Shown in pieces: positions 43,635 through 55,106 of a stretch of DNA of 64,000 bases; the stretch's first letter is position 1, and each line of letters opens with the position of its first letter. The position numbers and the translations under genes were made by a program. The notes beneath the pieces were generated by a model. That model saw only the letters and a list, made by a program, of their open reading frames with translations, did not search any database and was not told the origin of the DNA. The DNA is from an uncultured Gemmatimonadales bacterium (GTDB lineage: Bacteria; Gemmatimonadota; Gemmatimonadetes; Longimicrobiales; RSA9): NCBI GenBank assembly GCA_963798085.1, contig CAWCRS010000005.1:736001-800000 (forward strand), in the 5' to 3' direction.

Positions 43635-45079
43635 GCGGCAGTTAGCGGTGTGGTCTCACGCGCCAGCCAGCGCGCGGCCGCCTGCTGCATCACGCCTTCC
43701 CCACCCCACGCGGTCACCAGATTGCGCGCGTGGATGTCGGCCGCCAGCCGCGGATGGCCGAACAGTACGACCACCGCATCGGGCCGGCGCTGCAGCAGTG
43801 CATCCAGTTGTCCGCGCGCACGCGCCGTCAGCCCGGGTCGTCCCTTCCATGCGCGAATGTCCGCGAACACCGCGATGATGGCGTCGCTCGGGCCATCCGT
43901 GCTCTCCACCAGACGCGGGTCGAAGCCGGCCGCGCGCAGCGCCGCCGGAAAATCGCTGCGGGGTGGCGGCGCGTACGGCCCGCCCAGATCGTCATCGATG
44001 ACGAGCAGATCGAACTCGCGCGCTGTGGTCACTTCGCCGCGCTCGATGCGAATGGTGCGCTCCGCGAGCCCCGTCGCCCACGCCAGATCCGCCGCCTTGC
44101 CCCAGCCGGGCATGCGTTCGCTGCGCGCGCCCGCCGCCACGGCTGCGAGCCGGCCCAGCGCGCGCGCCACACGGGAGCGCGGCAGCGACTGCTCCATTGC
44201 CTGTTCCACCGCGGCCAGCACGGCCTCGGCATCCGCGGGATAGAGCAGCGCGTCGCAGCCCGCACGCAGCGCCGCGACCGCAGCCTCGCCTTCACTGCCG
44301 TGCTGCAGCACACCCCGCATGATCAGCGCATCCGTGACGACGAGTCCTTCGTAGCGCATATCGCGCCGCAGCAGCCTGTCGATGATGGTGGGCGAGAGCG
44401 TGGCCGGTGCGCCACTGTCGTCGAGTGCGGGATAGGCGACGTGCGCCGTCATGATCGAGTCCACACCCGCGATCGCGGCGGCGCGGAAAGGCGTGAGATC
44501 CGTCTCCAGCGTGGCGCGGTCCGCGTGCACGGTGGGAAGCGCCGCGTGCGAGTCCTCGACCGTGCGGCCGTGTCCCGGGAAGTGCTTGGCGCAGCACAGC
44601 GCGCCTTCATCGCGGCAGCCATCGATCCACGCGGTCACCTGCGCCGCCACGCGCACGGGATCCGCGCCGAATGAGCGCGTGCCTACGATGGGATTGTCCG
44701 GCTCAATGTCGAGATCGGCGACCGGCGCGAAGATCCAGTTCACGCCCAGCGAGAGCGCCTCACGCGCCGTCAGCGCCGCGGCCTGGCGGGTCACGCTCAG
44801 ATCATCGAGAGAGCCAATGGCGGCGAGTGGCGGCAGCTGCGTCGCGCCCCGGAACTGCTGGCCCGCGCCCCGCTCGAGGTCCGCGGCAATGAGCAGCGGC
44901 GCCGCGCTGCGCTCGCGCAGCTGCGCGGTCAGCTCGCGCACAGCGCCGGCATCGCCGCCGAAAATGATGAAGCCGCCCACACCCAGGGCCAGTGCACTCT
45001 CCAGCGCGGCGGCTTCATGGTCGAATCCGCTTTCCGGCTTCCAGCGCAGGGCCGGGAAGAGCAGCCGCGCAATCTGCAT
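43631..45079 (-). CDS. nagZ: GH3 beta-N-acetylglucosaminidase
   Basis: AADLERG, APVAD, RSFG, KHFPGHG..VEDSH and VTDALIM; peptidoglycan-recycling context. Confidence 0.88.
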   Translation of the reverse strand: MQIARLLFPALRWKPESGFDHEAAALESALALGVGGFIIFGGDAGAVRELTAQLRERSAAPLLIAADLERGAGQQFRGATQLPPLAAIGSLDDLSVTRQAAALTAREALSLGVNWIFAPVADLDIEPDNPIVGTRSFGADPVRVAAQVTAWIDGCRDEGALCCAKHFPGHGRTVEDSHAALPTVHADRATLETDLTPFRAAAIAGVDSIMTAHVAYPALDDSGAPATLSPTIIDRLLRRDMRYEGLVVTDALIMRGVLQHGSEGEAAVAALRAGCDALLYPADAEAVLAAVEQAMEQSLPRSRVARALGRLAAVAAGARSERMPGWGKAADLAWATGLAERTIRIERGEVTTAREFDLLVIDDDLGGPYAPPPRSDFPAALRAAGFDPRLVESTDGPSDAIIAVFADIRAWKGRPGLTARARGQLDALLQRRPDAVVVLFGHPRLAADIHARNLVTAWGGEGVMQQAAARWLARETTPLTAA

Positions 45080-46331
45080 CAGCGTGCCGGCGTGGGGGCG
45101 GCGAAGGGGTCGGGCAGCGCCACGGCGGAGATGCCGTCGCCCGATAACTCGAAGTTACCTTCCAGCTCGCGCACGCGCATCCAGCGCACGGGCAATGCCC
45201 CGCCGGCCACCTCGAATTTCGCGATGGCGCTGAACGGGCCCAGTGCCTGCGGCTCCGCGCCGCCGCAGGCGAGAAGGGCGCCCGCATCAGCTGATAGCGG
45301 ATCAGCGTACCCGCGCGCGTGGTGGCGCCCGACGCCTTCAATTCGCGTGCGAACACGAAGTCCTCCGTGAACGGCAGCGGCCGCGGCGCCACGCCTTCGC
45401 CCAGCATGCGTTCGCTGCCCGACGCCACCTCCCGCACCACGATGCGGCGGCGCTTCTCATAGACCAGCCAGCGGCCATCACTGGAGAAGAAGGCGGGCAC
45501 CACATTGTGCGCCACTTCGATGGAATCGCCCAGTGTCACCGGCGAGCCACCGGCCGGGGTCAGCTGCAGCACACCGCTCGACAGTCCCCATTCCGGCCAG
45601 CGCTGCAGCGGGCGATAGCGCAGGCGGTGCCCGGCCGGGCCGGTGCGCTCGAGCAGGCCGCCGGAATCCGCTACGAGCGGGGCGCCGCGCTCTTCCGCCA
45701 CCGCGATCAGCTCGCTCGCCACGCGCGCCAGCTCGATGGGCGGACCCCGCTTGACGTAGGCGCGCAGCAGATCAGGATCGCGGTCCGTCATCGATTCCAG
45801 CGCTTTCGCCTGTACCGCGGCGGACGGATCGCGCAGTGCCTTGTCCAGCAGCTTCAGCACGGCCGCTTCCTGCACCGGCAGGTACTCGCGCGCCGCGGTC
45901 ACTGCCGCCACCCGGATGCGCTCGTCGTGCGCCGCCAGCAGCGGCTCGAACACCAGGAACGAGCCAATGGCGTGACGCCGGCCCAGCAGCAATACCGCGT
46001 TAGCGCGCAGCAGCGGGTGCTGCGCGCTGTCCCCGGCAATGTCCGCCAGCGTGTCCGTGAGCTCCAGCCGGCTGCGCGCCTCGTACGCCAGCAGTGAATC
46101 GTACTGTGCGGGACCGGGCGACTGGTTCAGTATGGCGAACAGCGCCGGATCGTGATGGAAGCGGCCCGCGGCGGGCGGCGACTCGTGCACCGCGGCGGGC
46201 TGCGGAATGCTGGCCGAATCACCGCGCGAGCCGCCGCTGCCGGCGCCCGGAGAACAACCCGCCAGCGTCAGGCAGAGAATGGCAGAGGCGCACGCGCATC
46301 CGCGGGCGCCGCCGGCTCCGGAATTCAGCAT
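45079..46331 (-). CDS. Lipoprotein with HEAT repeats and a TolB-like beta region; frameshift near 45262-45270
   Basis: Lipobox LAGC; HEAT-like repeats; FFSSDGRWLVYE. A shifted frame continues AEPQALGPFSAIAKFEV...LPDPFAAPTPAR* with its stop overlapping the nagZ ATG. Confidence 0.7.
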
Positions 46332-46379
46332 CGAGCGGCTCTCCTGCTACGGCTCACAGTTTCCATTCCCCCACGTTGT

Positions 46380-47516
46380 CTACGCCGGTGTCAGCGAGCC
46401 CAGCACACGCGCGCCGCGCGCGCCCGTCACTTCCGGCACGCTGGCCGGCACGCCGGCGAGGTGCGCCCAGGCCAGGGCGGCGAAGGCAACCGCTTCTTTC
46501 GCGTCGGCATCAATGCCCACCGCCTGCGCCTCCAGCACCGGCAGCGGCTGCAGCTCGGCGCGCAGCATGGCGAGCAGCACGGGATTGCGCGCGCCGCCAC
46601 CGCTCACGATCACCTGCTCCGCTCCCAGCGGCAGGATCCAGCGGCGCACGGCATCGGCAATGGTGACAGCGGTGAACGCAGTCAGCGTGGCGATCAGGTC
46701 GCACCATGCCGCATCGCCGGCAGGTGTTACCCTCGCCACCAGCGATTGGACCCGCGGCCGGCCGAAGCGCTCGCGCCCGGTCGAGCGCGGCGGCGCCTCC
46801 GCAAAGAAGGGATCGGCGCGCAGCTCCGCGAGCAGGCCGGCATCAATGTGACCGCGTGCGGCACGCGCACCCGCCGCGTCGAATGTGGCTTCACCCTGCG
46901 TCGCCAGCTGCACGGCCGCATCGATCAGCGCATTGCCCGGACCCGTGTCGAAGGCGAGCAACGGCTCGTTCACGTGCGCTGCCGGCACGCGCGTGAGATT
47001 CGCCATGCCGCCAATGTTGACCAGCACGCGTGGTGCATCCGCCGCGAACAGCAGGCGGTCCGCGAAGGGCACGAGCGGCGCACCCTGTCCGCCCGCTGCC
47101 ACATCACGCGAGCGGAAGTCGCTGATCACGGGGATCCCGGTTCGTTCCGCAATCGTGGCGGCGCAGCCCAGCTGCAGGGTGGCGCCTCGACGCGTGGGCG
47201 TGGGGGGCTCGTGCCAGAGCGTCTGGCCATGCGAGCCGATAGCGGCAATGTCTGCCGCGGCGACGCCGGCTGCGCGGCACAATTCGAGGGCCGCTTCGGC
47301 GAACCATTCGCCCAGGTCCGCGTGCAGCCGGCAGAGCACGGCCGCATCGCCTGCAACCATGGCGTCGTGGATGCGTTCGCGTTGCGCGTGCGTGTAGGGT
47401 GTGCTGCGAAACGCCTCGAGGCGCCACGTCGGCTGCGGCTTCATGCCGCTGAAGCGCACCAGCGCCGCGTCAATGCCGTCCAGCAATGTACCGGACATGA
47501 GGCCGATGATGAGCAT
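46380..47516 (-). CDS. anmK: Anhydro-N-acetylmuramic acid kinase
   Basis: IGLMSGT(L)LDGID, GSHGQT, DFRSRDVAAGGQGAPL, NIGGMAN, FDTGPGN, KEAVAFA. Confidence 0.95.
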   Translation of the reverse strand: MLIIGLMSGTLLDGIDAALVRFSGMKPQPTWRLEAFRSTPYTHAQRERIHDAMVAGDAAVLCRLHADLGEWFAEAALELCRAAGVAAADIAAIGSHGQTLWHEPPTPTRRGATLQLGCAATIAERTGIPVISDFRSRDVAAGGQGAPLVPFADRLLFAADAPRVLVNIGGMANLTRVPAAHVNEPLLAFDTGPGNALIDAAVQLATQGEATFDAAGARAARGHIDAGLLAELRADPFFAEAPPRSTGRERFGRPRVQSLVARVTPAGDAAWCDLIATLTAFTAVTIADAVRRWILPLGAEQVIVSGGGARNPVLLAMLRAELQPLPVLEAQAVGIDADAKEAVAFAALAWAHLAGVPASVPEVTGARGARVLGSLTPA

Positions 47517-47519
47517 GGC

Positions 47520-48437
<918 letters not shown>

Positions 48438-48532
48438 CGTGGCGCAGCCTTGCCGCTCTCTCTCGCCCTCGGGTACATTGGCGCGCCTAAGTTATCCGGG
48501 CGAAGCGCCCGCGACTACCCTTGGAGATGTCC

Positions 48533-49168
48533 ATGCAACGCAGAACCCGCCGGGCCGCCCTTCGTCTGCAGCGCTGTTTCACCTTCGCCCTCTTCCTGCT
48601 GCTCGCTTTTGCTTCCGCGGGGCGCGCCCAGCGACCACGCTTCGGCCGCGGCCCGCTGGTCTGGGCCAGTGGCTGGGCCGGCCGCCTCTCGGGACAGGGC
48701 GGATTCTCCAACGGACCGGTCGATTTCTTCTCGCTGCGCAACGCCTTCGCGTACGGTGGCAGCCTGCATTTCGTGCCCGGCGCCGGTGTCGCACTGGGTG
48801 TGGACGCGGTGCTGTCACGCCCTGATTACACGCGCTTCGATCGCACACAGCGCATCGAGCTGAGCAGCGGTCAGGCGAAGCTGCTCGCGTTCCTCGGCTC
48901 GCTGCGACTGCAGGGCTCGCCCGGTCCGATCGGCGTGTTCCTGACGGGCGGCGTCGGCGTCGCCCGCTGGGACATTCCCGAGCTGGGCGGCACCAACACG
49001 GATCCCGCACTGCAGATCGGCGCCGGCCTCGAGTATCGATACGGGCGCCACATCGCGCTCTTCGCGCAGTACGATCAGTGGTGGATCTATCACGACAAGA
49101 CAGAAGGCGTCGCCAAGAACAAGGTGAGCCCCACACTGCTGCGCTTCGGCGCACGGCTGGGCATCTGA
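48533..49168 (+). CDS. Small outer-membrane beta-barrel protein (OmpA/OmpW-like barrel)
   Basis: GGAG RBS; signal peptide; amphipathic strands FLTGGVGVA, IGAGLEYRY and RFGARLGI. Confidence 0.7.
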   Translation: MQRRTRRAALRLQRCFTFALFLLLAFASAGRAQRPRFGRGPLVWASGWAGRLSGQGGFSNGPVDFFSLRNAFAYGGSLHFVPGAGVALGVDAVLSRPDYTRFDRTQRIELSSGQAKLLAFLGSLRLQGSPGPIGVFLTGGVGVARWDIPELGGTNTDPALQIGAGLEYRYGRHIALFAQYDQWWIYHDKTEGVAKNKVSPTLLRFGARLGI

Positions 49169-49190
49169 ATTCAGGCGACGAAACGCGTCC

Positions 49191-50981
49191 ATGTTCTTCG
49201 TGCAGGGAACCTCCGCCGGCTGCTTCCTGCAGCCAGTTCTTGACCGCGCGTTCCGTAATACGCTGCTTGGAGCGGCCGCGCTCGTTCTGGGCGCATGCGC
49301 GCCGGGCAGCGTACCGCCCGCGGCCAGCAGCGCGGTGCCGGCCGCGTGGGCGTATCCGCTGCACCCCGACGTGGCCAGTGCAGCGTCCGCCATGGTGGCG
49401 ACGGACGCGCCGCTCGCAACAGAGGTGGGCGTCGCTGTGCTGCGCCGAGGCGGCAATGCCGTGGACGCCGCGGTGGCGGTCGCGTTCGCGCTGGCCGTGG
49501 TCTATCCCGAGGCGGGCAATCTCGGCGGCGGCGGTTTCATGGTGGCACGACTCGCGGATGGTCGCGAAGCGGCGCTCGATTTCCGCGAAGTCGCGCCACT
49601 GGCGGCCACGCGCGACATGTACCTCAATGCCGCGGGCAACACCACCGACCACTCCATCAACGGGCACCTCGCGTCCGGTGTGCCGGGCAGCGTGGCCGGT
49701 CTATGGGCTGCGCACGAAAAGCTGGGCTCGCTGCCGTGGGACTCGCTGCTCGCGCCCGCCATCCGGCTGGCCAGTGATGGCTTCGTCGTGGATCCATCGG
49801 TAGCCGAATCGGCGCGCGATGCTGCGGACCGGCTGCGTCGCTATCCCGCATCCGCCGCGCTGTTCCTGCCGGGCGGCCAGCCGCTGGCCGCGGGCCAGAC
49901 GTGGCGCAATCCCGAGCTGGCTGCGGTGCTGCGCCGCATTGCGCAGCAGGGACCTGCAGGCTTCTATCGCGGCGAAACCGCGAAGCTGATTGCCGCCGAA
50001 ATGCGCCGCGGTCACGGCCTCATCACGACCGAAGATCTGACGCGTTATCAGCCGCAGTGGCGGGCACCGCTCCGCTTCACGTATCGCGGTCACACCGTGC
50101 TGTCCATGCCGCCTTCGTCATCCGGCGGCATCACGCTGGGCATGATCGCGGGCATGCTGGACGGCTTTCCCCTGGCGCGCGACGGCTGGCACTCGACGGC
50201 TGCGCTGCACCTCACGGCCGAGGCCATGCGGCGCGCGTTCGCCGATCGCAACACCTTCCTCGGCGATCCGGCGTTCGTCAGCATTCCCGCGTGGCTCACG
50301 CAGCCGCAGTACATCGACAGCCTGCGCGCCACCATCGATCCGGCGCACGCCACGCCTTCCGCCGGCATCCGTCCCGGCCTCGACCACGTCGTCGAAGGCT
50401 CGCACACCACGCATTTCTCGATTGTCAATGCGCAGGGTGGCGCGGTCGCACTCACCACCACGCTCAACGAGCTGTATGGCGCGGGCGTGACCGTGACGGG
50501 TGCCGGCTTCCTGCTCAATGACCAGATGGATGATTTCACGTCCAAGCCCGGTGTGCCCAACATGTTCGGGCTGGTACAGGGCGAGGCCAACGCCATCCAG
50601 CCGGGCAAGCGCATGCTCTCCGCCATGACCCCCACCATTGTGCTGGCGCCTGATAGCACGGTGTTACTGGTGACGGGCGCGCGCGGCGGGCCGCGCATCA
50701 TCAGCGCCGTCTTCCAGGTGATGTCGAACGTGCTGGATTACGACATGGACATCGGCAGCGCCGTGTACGCGCCGCGCATTCACCTGCAGCACCTGCCCAA
50801 TGTCCTGTACTTCGAGAAGAACGGGCTGGATGACGCCACCATTGCCGCGCTCGAGGCGATGGGCCACAAGGTACAGGCCTTCGACTCCTACATCGGCAGC
50901 GCACCCAGCATTCTGCGCCGTGCCGGCCAGTGGACCGCTGTGGCCGATCCCCGCCAGGGCGGCCTGGCGCGCGGCTACTGA
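49191..50981 (+). CDS. ggt: Gamma-glutamyltransferase
   Basis: GGNAVDAAVA, GNLGGGGF, DFRE, autocleavage HTTHFS, LNDQMDDF, PGKRMLSAM, DPR. Confidence 0.95.
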   Translation: MFFVQGTSAGCFLQPVLDRAFRNTLLGAAALVLGACAPGSVPPAASSAVPAAWAYPLHPDVASAASAMVATDAPLATEVGVAVLRRGGNAVDAAVAVAFALAVVYPEAGNLGGGGFMVARLADGREAALDFREVAPLAATRDMYLNAAGNTTDHSINGHLASGVPGSVAGLWAAHEKLGSLPWDSLLAPAIRLASDGFVVDPSVAESARDAADRLRRYPASAALFLPGGQPLAAGQTWRNPELAAVLRRIAQQGPAGFYRGETAKLIAAEMRRGHGLITTEDLTRYQPQWRAPLRFTYRGHTVLSMPPSSSGGITLGMIAGMLDGFPLARDGWHSTAALHLTAEAMRRAFADRNTFLGDPAFVSIPAWLTQPQYIDSLRATIDPAHATPSAGIRPGLDHVVEGSHTTHFSIVNAQGGAVALTTTLNELYGAGVTVTGAGFLLNDQMDDFTSKPGVPNMFGLVQGEANAIQPGKRMLSAMTPTIVLAPDSTVLLVTGARGGPRIISAVFQVMSNVLDYDMDIGSAVYAPRIHLQHLPNVLYFEKNGLDDATIAALEAMGHKVQAFDSYIGSAPSILRRAGQWTAVADPRQGGLARGY

Positions 50982-51061
50982 ACGCGGATCGCCGCCTGCC
51001 GGGCTGCCGTCCGGGTGTCCCGCAGCACCTAACAGCCTGCCAGGGACCGGGGCGGATGCAC

Positions 51062-51093
51062 GAAGGGCCGGACACACGCGCGTCCGGCCCTTC
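51062..51093. terminator. Hairpin between convergent genes (candidate terminator)
   Basis: GAAGGGCCGGAC-N8-GTCCGGCCCTTC, a perfect 12-bp stem; no U-tract. Confidence 0.5.
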
Positions 51094-51116
51094 CGTGCTG
51101 CGCCCGCTGCCGCTTC

Positions 51117-51983
51117 TCAGGTCACAACCTTGGTCAGCCGGACCGGCTGGTCCAGACGGATCATCATGGCGCTGCCACTGCGCAGCACGGCGTCCACGTC
51201 GGCGGTACCCATGGCGATGGCCGTGCCGGCCGCCGCGCCCACGATCGCACCCTTGAGCGCGCCTTTGCCGTTGCCACCCAGCACGCGCCCCAGGATCGCG
51301 CCCGCGACGGCGCCCGTCGCTACCTTGCCCACCTGCTCGCCGGTCTTCTGGCGCGTCACGCGTTCCGGATTGGCGGAGACCACGGAAGCCTCGAGCGGGT
51401 AACTGCCATCCGGCCACGAGATCTGCTCGAAGGCCAGGCTCAGCACCGCGGTTTCACCCACGTGACCCGACTTCTGCACCTGCGTTACCCGCCCGCGCAC
51501 CAGGGCGCCGGCCGGAATCACCACGTCGCCTGATGTATCGCGCACGGGCTCGGCCAGCGTGGCCGTGAAGCTGTCACCCTCGCGGTTGGTCTGGGTCGAG
51601 AGCGTCTCGTTCAATGTCAGCGACAGCGTCGTTCCTGAAGCCACCGCGGTCTCCACGTTACGCGGCGCCGGCGGCGCCGGCGGCTCGACCGAGCGCTGCG
51701 GCGGCTCCACGGGCGGCGGCGTCGGGTCAGGCACCGGGCGTGTTGCCCGCGCTGCGGGCGCCGGCGTCCGGTCGCGCTGCGGTTTCGGCGTCACCTTCGG
51801 CGGCGCGGTGGCCGTGTCCTCGAAAGTGGCCGCGTTACTGTCACTCTTGAGCGCCAGATCCAGCCCGCGAACGGCCGTATCCGGCTTCACTGCCGACCGG
51901 TCCTCGTCTCGCGCCGCACACGCGCCTGCTATCACCAGCGACGTGGCCAGCAGCACGGTCGACCACGCTTTCTGTCGGAACAT
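51117..51983 (-). CDS. Lipoprotein with Pro-rich linker, TrbI/VirB10-like beta domain and glycine zipper
   Basis: GGAGG RBS; lipobox AGAC; GDSFTATL...VIPAGALVRGRV; GAVAGAILG...GAIVGAAAG. Confidence 0.75.
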   Translation of the reverse strand: MFRQKAWSTVLLATSLVIAGACAARDEDRSAVKPDTAVRGLDLALKSDSNAATFEDTATAPPKVTPKPQRDRTPAPAARATRPVPDPTPPPVEPPQRSVEPPAPPAPRNVETAVASGTTLSLTLNETLSTQTNREGDSFTATLAEPVRDTSGDVVIPAGALVRGRVTQVQKSGHVGETAVLSLAFEQISWPDGSYPLEASVVSANPERVTRQKTGEQVGKVATGAVAGAILGRVLGGNGKGALKGAIVGAAAGTAIAMGTADVDAVLRSGSAMMIRLDQPVRLTKVVT

Positions 51984-52077
51984 CGCGAACCTCCAACGTT
52001 CGACGGCTTGAATCGAGCTCCGCTCGGCGTGTAGACTACCCACGCGGGAGCCATCCCGGCTCCTGTGCTTGCAGGGG

Positions 52078-52092
52078 GCAATCGGTGTGCCA
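52078..52092 (-). promoter_or_regulatory. Sigma-54 (-24/-12) promoter
   Basis: Minus strand TGGCACACCGATTGC matches TGGCAC-N5-TTGC, 95 bp upstream of ATG 51983. Confidence 0.7.
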
Positions 52093-52218
52093 TTCGCCAG
52101 GATGTCCGGGGATTCTCGTAACATCATTAACAGCATGTTGTTGCGTCCCCGCGGCCGTGGTGCTGGCGGGACGCGCTGTCCCCTCGATCAGCTTCGGCGT
52201 GTCCACTCTCCGGCCTGA

Positions 52219-54003
52219 ATGAACCCGCTCCGCCGGATCCTGCCGTACGCGCGTCCCTATCGCGCCGCCATCGTGGCCGGGCTGCTGCTCACCGGGTTCT
52301 CCAACGCGGCGGGCATCCTGATGCCGTGGTTCGTGGGCCGGGCGATCGACGCGCTGTCGCGGCCTGACTTCACGTTGCGCCTGCTGGCGGTGAACGCGCT
52401 GCTGATCGTGGGAACGACGGCCCTCAGCGGCCTGGGCCGGTTCGGCATGCGTCAGCTGCTCAACAGTGCGAGCCGGCGCATTGAGAACGACCTGCGCGAG
52501 GACCTGTTCGCGCACCTGCTGCGCCTCGATGCCGGCTTCTATGGCCGCATGCCCACCGGCGAGCTGATGAGCCGCCTCACGAACGACACGCAGGCCGTGC
52601 GCATGGCCATCGGGCCGGGCATCATGTACCTGGTCAACACCGTGGTTGTGTCCGTGCTGGCGCTGGCCGTGATGGTGGGATACGACCTGCGACTCACCGC
52701 GCTCGCGCTGATTCCGCTCGTGTTCCTGGCGCCCGTCATGAAATACTTCGGTCGCGTGATCCACCAGCGCTTCGAGCGCATCCAGGAGCATTTCGGCGTG
52801 CTCTCTACCATGGTGCAGGAGAACCTGAGTGGCGTGCGCATCGTGCGTGCGTATGCGCAGGAAGCGGCGCAGGAGCGGGAATTCGACACGCTGAACCGGC
52901 AGTACTTCGAGAAGAACATGGCGCTGGCGCGCACCTCCGCGCTGTTCGACCCGCTGCTCGCCATTCTTGCCGGGCTGGGCGTGCTGGTGGTGCTCTGGTT
53001 CGGCGGCCTCGACGTCATGGCGGGACGCATCACGGCGGGCGAATTCGTCGCCTTCTTCTTCTATCTGGGGCTGCTGACCTGGCCCATGATCGCCATCGGC
53101 TGGACCATCAACCTGTTCCAGCGTGGCGCTGCATTGATGGGCCGGATCGAAGAGCTGTTCCGCACGCAGTCCGCGATCCAGGAAACCGTGGCGCCTGCAC
53201 AGATGCCTGCGGTGCGGGGCGAAATCGTCTTCGATAACGTCTGGTTTCGTTATCCCGGCGCCGAGCACGATGTGCTCCAGGGCGTGAGCTTCCGCATCGC
53301 CGCGGGCGAGACGACTGCGATCGTCGGCCCCACGGGTGCAGGCAAGTCTACGATCATTGCGCTCATGACGCGGCGGCGCGATCCCCTGCGCGGGCAGATC
53401 CGGCTGGACGGCATTCCGCTCGAGCGACTTTCCCTCGAACAGGTGCGTGCGGTCATGGCCGTGGTGCCGCAGGACGCCTTCGTTTTTTCCGCGACGATCG
53501 CGGAAAACATTGCGCTCGGCCTGCCCCACGGTGCGGTGCGTGATGGTCGCGTCGAGTCCGCCGCTGCGGTGGCGCGACTGGATGAGGCGATCGCGCTGTT
53601 TCCGCAGGGCTACGAGACGCGGCTGGGCGAGCGCGGCGTCAATCTTTCCGGGGGACAGCGCCAGCGCACCACACTGGCTCGCGCACTGGCGAGGGATGCG
53701 CGCGTGCTGATTCTCGACGATGCGCTCAGTGCGGTGGACACGCAGACCGAGACCGAGATCCTGCGCGGGCTGGGCGGTGTATTCGCTCAACGTACGTCGG
53801 TCGTTGTGAGTCACCGGGTGAGCGCGGTCATGAACGCCGATCAGATCCTGGTGCTGGACGGCGGGCGCATCGTGGAGCGCGGTCGCCATGCGGAACTCGT
53901 CGCGGCGGGTGGCCTGTACACTACACTGCTTCGCCGTCAGCTGCTGGCGGATACGCTGGAGGCCGGAACGGTTGCCGGGCCTGCAGACGAAACCCTAGCT
54001 TGA
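52219..54003 (+). CDS. ABC exporter, fused TMD + ATPase (MdlA-like)
   Basis: 6-TM domain; GPTGAGKS, LSGGQ, LILDDALSAVD, SHR. Confidence 0.93.
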   Translation: MNPLRRILPYARPYRAAIVAGLLLTGFSNAAGILMPWFVGRAIDALSRPDFTLRLLAVNALLIVGTTALSGLGRFGMRQLLNSASRRIENDLREDLFAHLLRLDAGFYGRMPTGELMSRLTNDTQAVRMAIGPGIMYLVNTVVVSVLALAVMVGYDLRLTALALIPLVFLAPVMKYFGRVIHQRFERIQEHFGVLSTMVQENLSGVRIVRAYAQEAAQEREFDTLNRQYFEKNMALARTSALFDPLLAILAGLGVLVVLWFGGLDVMAGRITAGEFVAFFFYLGLLTWPMIAIGWTINLFQRGAALMGRIEELFRTQSAIQETVAPAQMPAVRGEIVFDNVWFRYPGAEHDVLQGVSFRIAAGETTAIVGPTGAGKSTIIALMTRRRDPLRGQIRLDGIPLERLSLEQVRAVMAVVPQDAFVFSATIAENIALGLPHGAVRDGRVESAAAVARLDEAIALFPQGYETRLGERGVNLSGGQRQRTTLARALARDARVLILDDALSAVDTQTETEILRGLGGVFAQRTSVVVSHRVSAVMNADQILVLDGGRIVERGRHAELVAAGGLYTTLLRRQLLADTLEAGTVAGPADETLA

Positions 54004-54012
54004 GCCCGGCCA

Positions 54013-54412
54013 ATGTCAACGATCCTGCTTGTCGACGATGAGCCTCTCCTGCGCCGCGCCTTCCGCACTCTGCTCGAAGCCTCCGGTTATCATGTCACGG
54101 AAGCGGGCAGTCTGGGCGAAGCCTTTGCCAGTGCAGCCGCCGAGCGGCCTTCGCTGATTCTGCTCGACCTGGGATTGCCCGACGGCTCCGGCCTCGAGCT
54201 GCCCCGCGAGCTGGCGAGGCATCAGGAAACGCAGGGCGTGCCCATTGTCGCCATGACCGGACGTTCGGGAGCCGATGTCAGCCGGGCCTGCGCCGATGCG
54301 GGTTGCGCGGGCCATCCTCGTGAAGCCGATCGAGCCGCGCGAGCTGGTCCGGCGCATACCGTTGTGGCTCGAAGCGTCGCCTACAGACGCTCCAGCAGAA
54401 AATCGGGTGTGA
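54013..54412 (+). CDS. Single-domain response regulator, +1 frameshift at 54309-54311
   Basis: LVDDE, LLDLGLPD, AMTG. Removing one G restores AGCAAILVKPIEPREL with the conserved KP and a stop at 54412. Confidence 0.85.
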
Positions 54413-55106
54413 AGCGCGCGAAGAACGCGGACAGCATGGTGAAACTGCCGGTCACGAGCATCAGTCCAACCACCAGCAGCAGGGCGCCCGAGGCTTTTTC
54501 CATGATGGGGATCAGGCGACGGAAGCGGCGCGTTGCGCGCAGGAACGCGCCCGTCGCAAGCCCGGCGAGGATGAACGGCACGGCGAGGCCCAGCGAGTAG
54601 GCGATCAGCAACCCCATCGCGTTCCACATCGTGTCGCGCACGAGCGCCCAGGTCAGCAGCGTGCCGAGCACCGGCCCAATGCAGGGAGTCCAGCCCGCGC
54701 CGAACGCGAGGCCGGCGGCGGCCGCGCCCAGGTACCCGCGCGGCGAATTGGTGAGGTGGAGTCGCTTCTCGCGTAACAGCGGTGTCAGCCGGAACACACC
54801 CAGCAGGTGCAGGCCGAAGAAGATGACCATGACCCCGCCAATGCGGGCGATCCAGTCCTGGTACTGGCGGAACAGCTGCCCCACGAGTGTGGCCGATGCG
54901 CCCAGCAGCAGGAATATGAGACTGAAGCCACCCACGAAGCAGAGCGCGGGAATCAGCACTGCGCGGCGCGAGGGTTGCCCGTGCAGATCCTCGAGGCTCA
55001 GCCCTGTGATGAGCCCGAGATAGACGGGAACGAGTGGCAGAACACAGGGCGAGAGGAAGGAGAGCAACCCTGCGAGGAAAGCCACCGCGAAACTGATCGA
55101 GTTCAT
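54381..55106 (-). CDS. ccdA: Cytochrome c biogenesis CcdA-family protein
   Basis: LSFLSPCVLP and GWTPCIGP redox Cys motifs; 6 TM. Confidence 0.92.
   Translation of the reverse strand: MNSISFAVAFLAGLLSFLSPCVLPLVPVYLGLITGLSLEDLHGQPSRRAVLIPALCFVGGFSLIFLLLGASATLVGQLFRQYQDWIARIGGVMVIFFGLHLLGVFRLTPLLREKRLHLTNSPRGYLGAAAAGLAFGAGWTPCIGPVLGTLLTWALVRDTMWNAMGLLIAYSLGLAVPFILAGLATGAFLRATRRFRRLIPIMEKASGALLLVVGLMLVTGSFTMLSAFFARFTPDFLLERL

Noticed and set aside
51117..51983. Type IV secretion or conjugative element suggested by the VirB10-like domain
   Set aside because: No other T4SS, relaxase or integrase genes in the window
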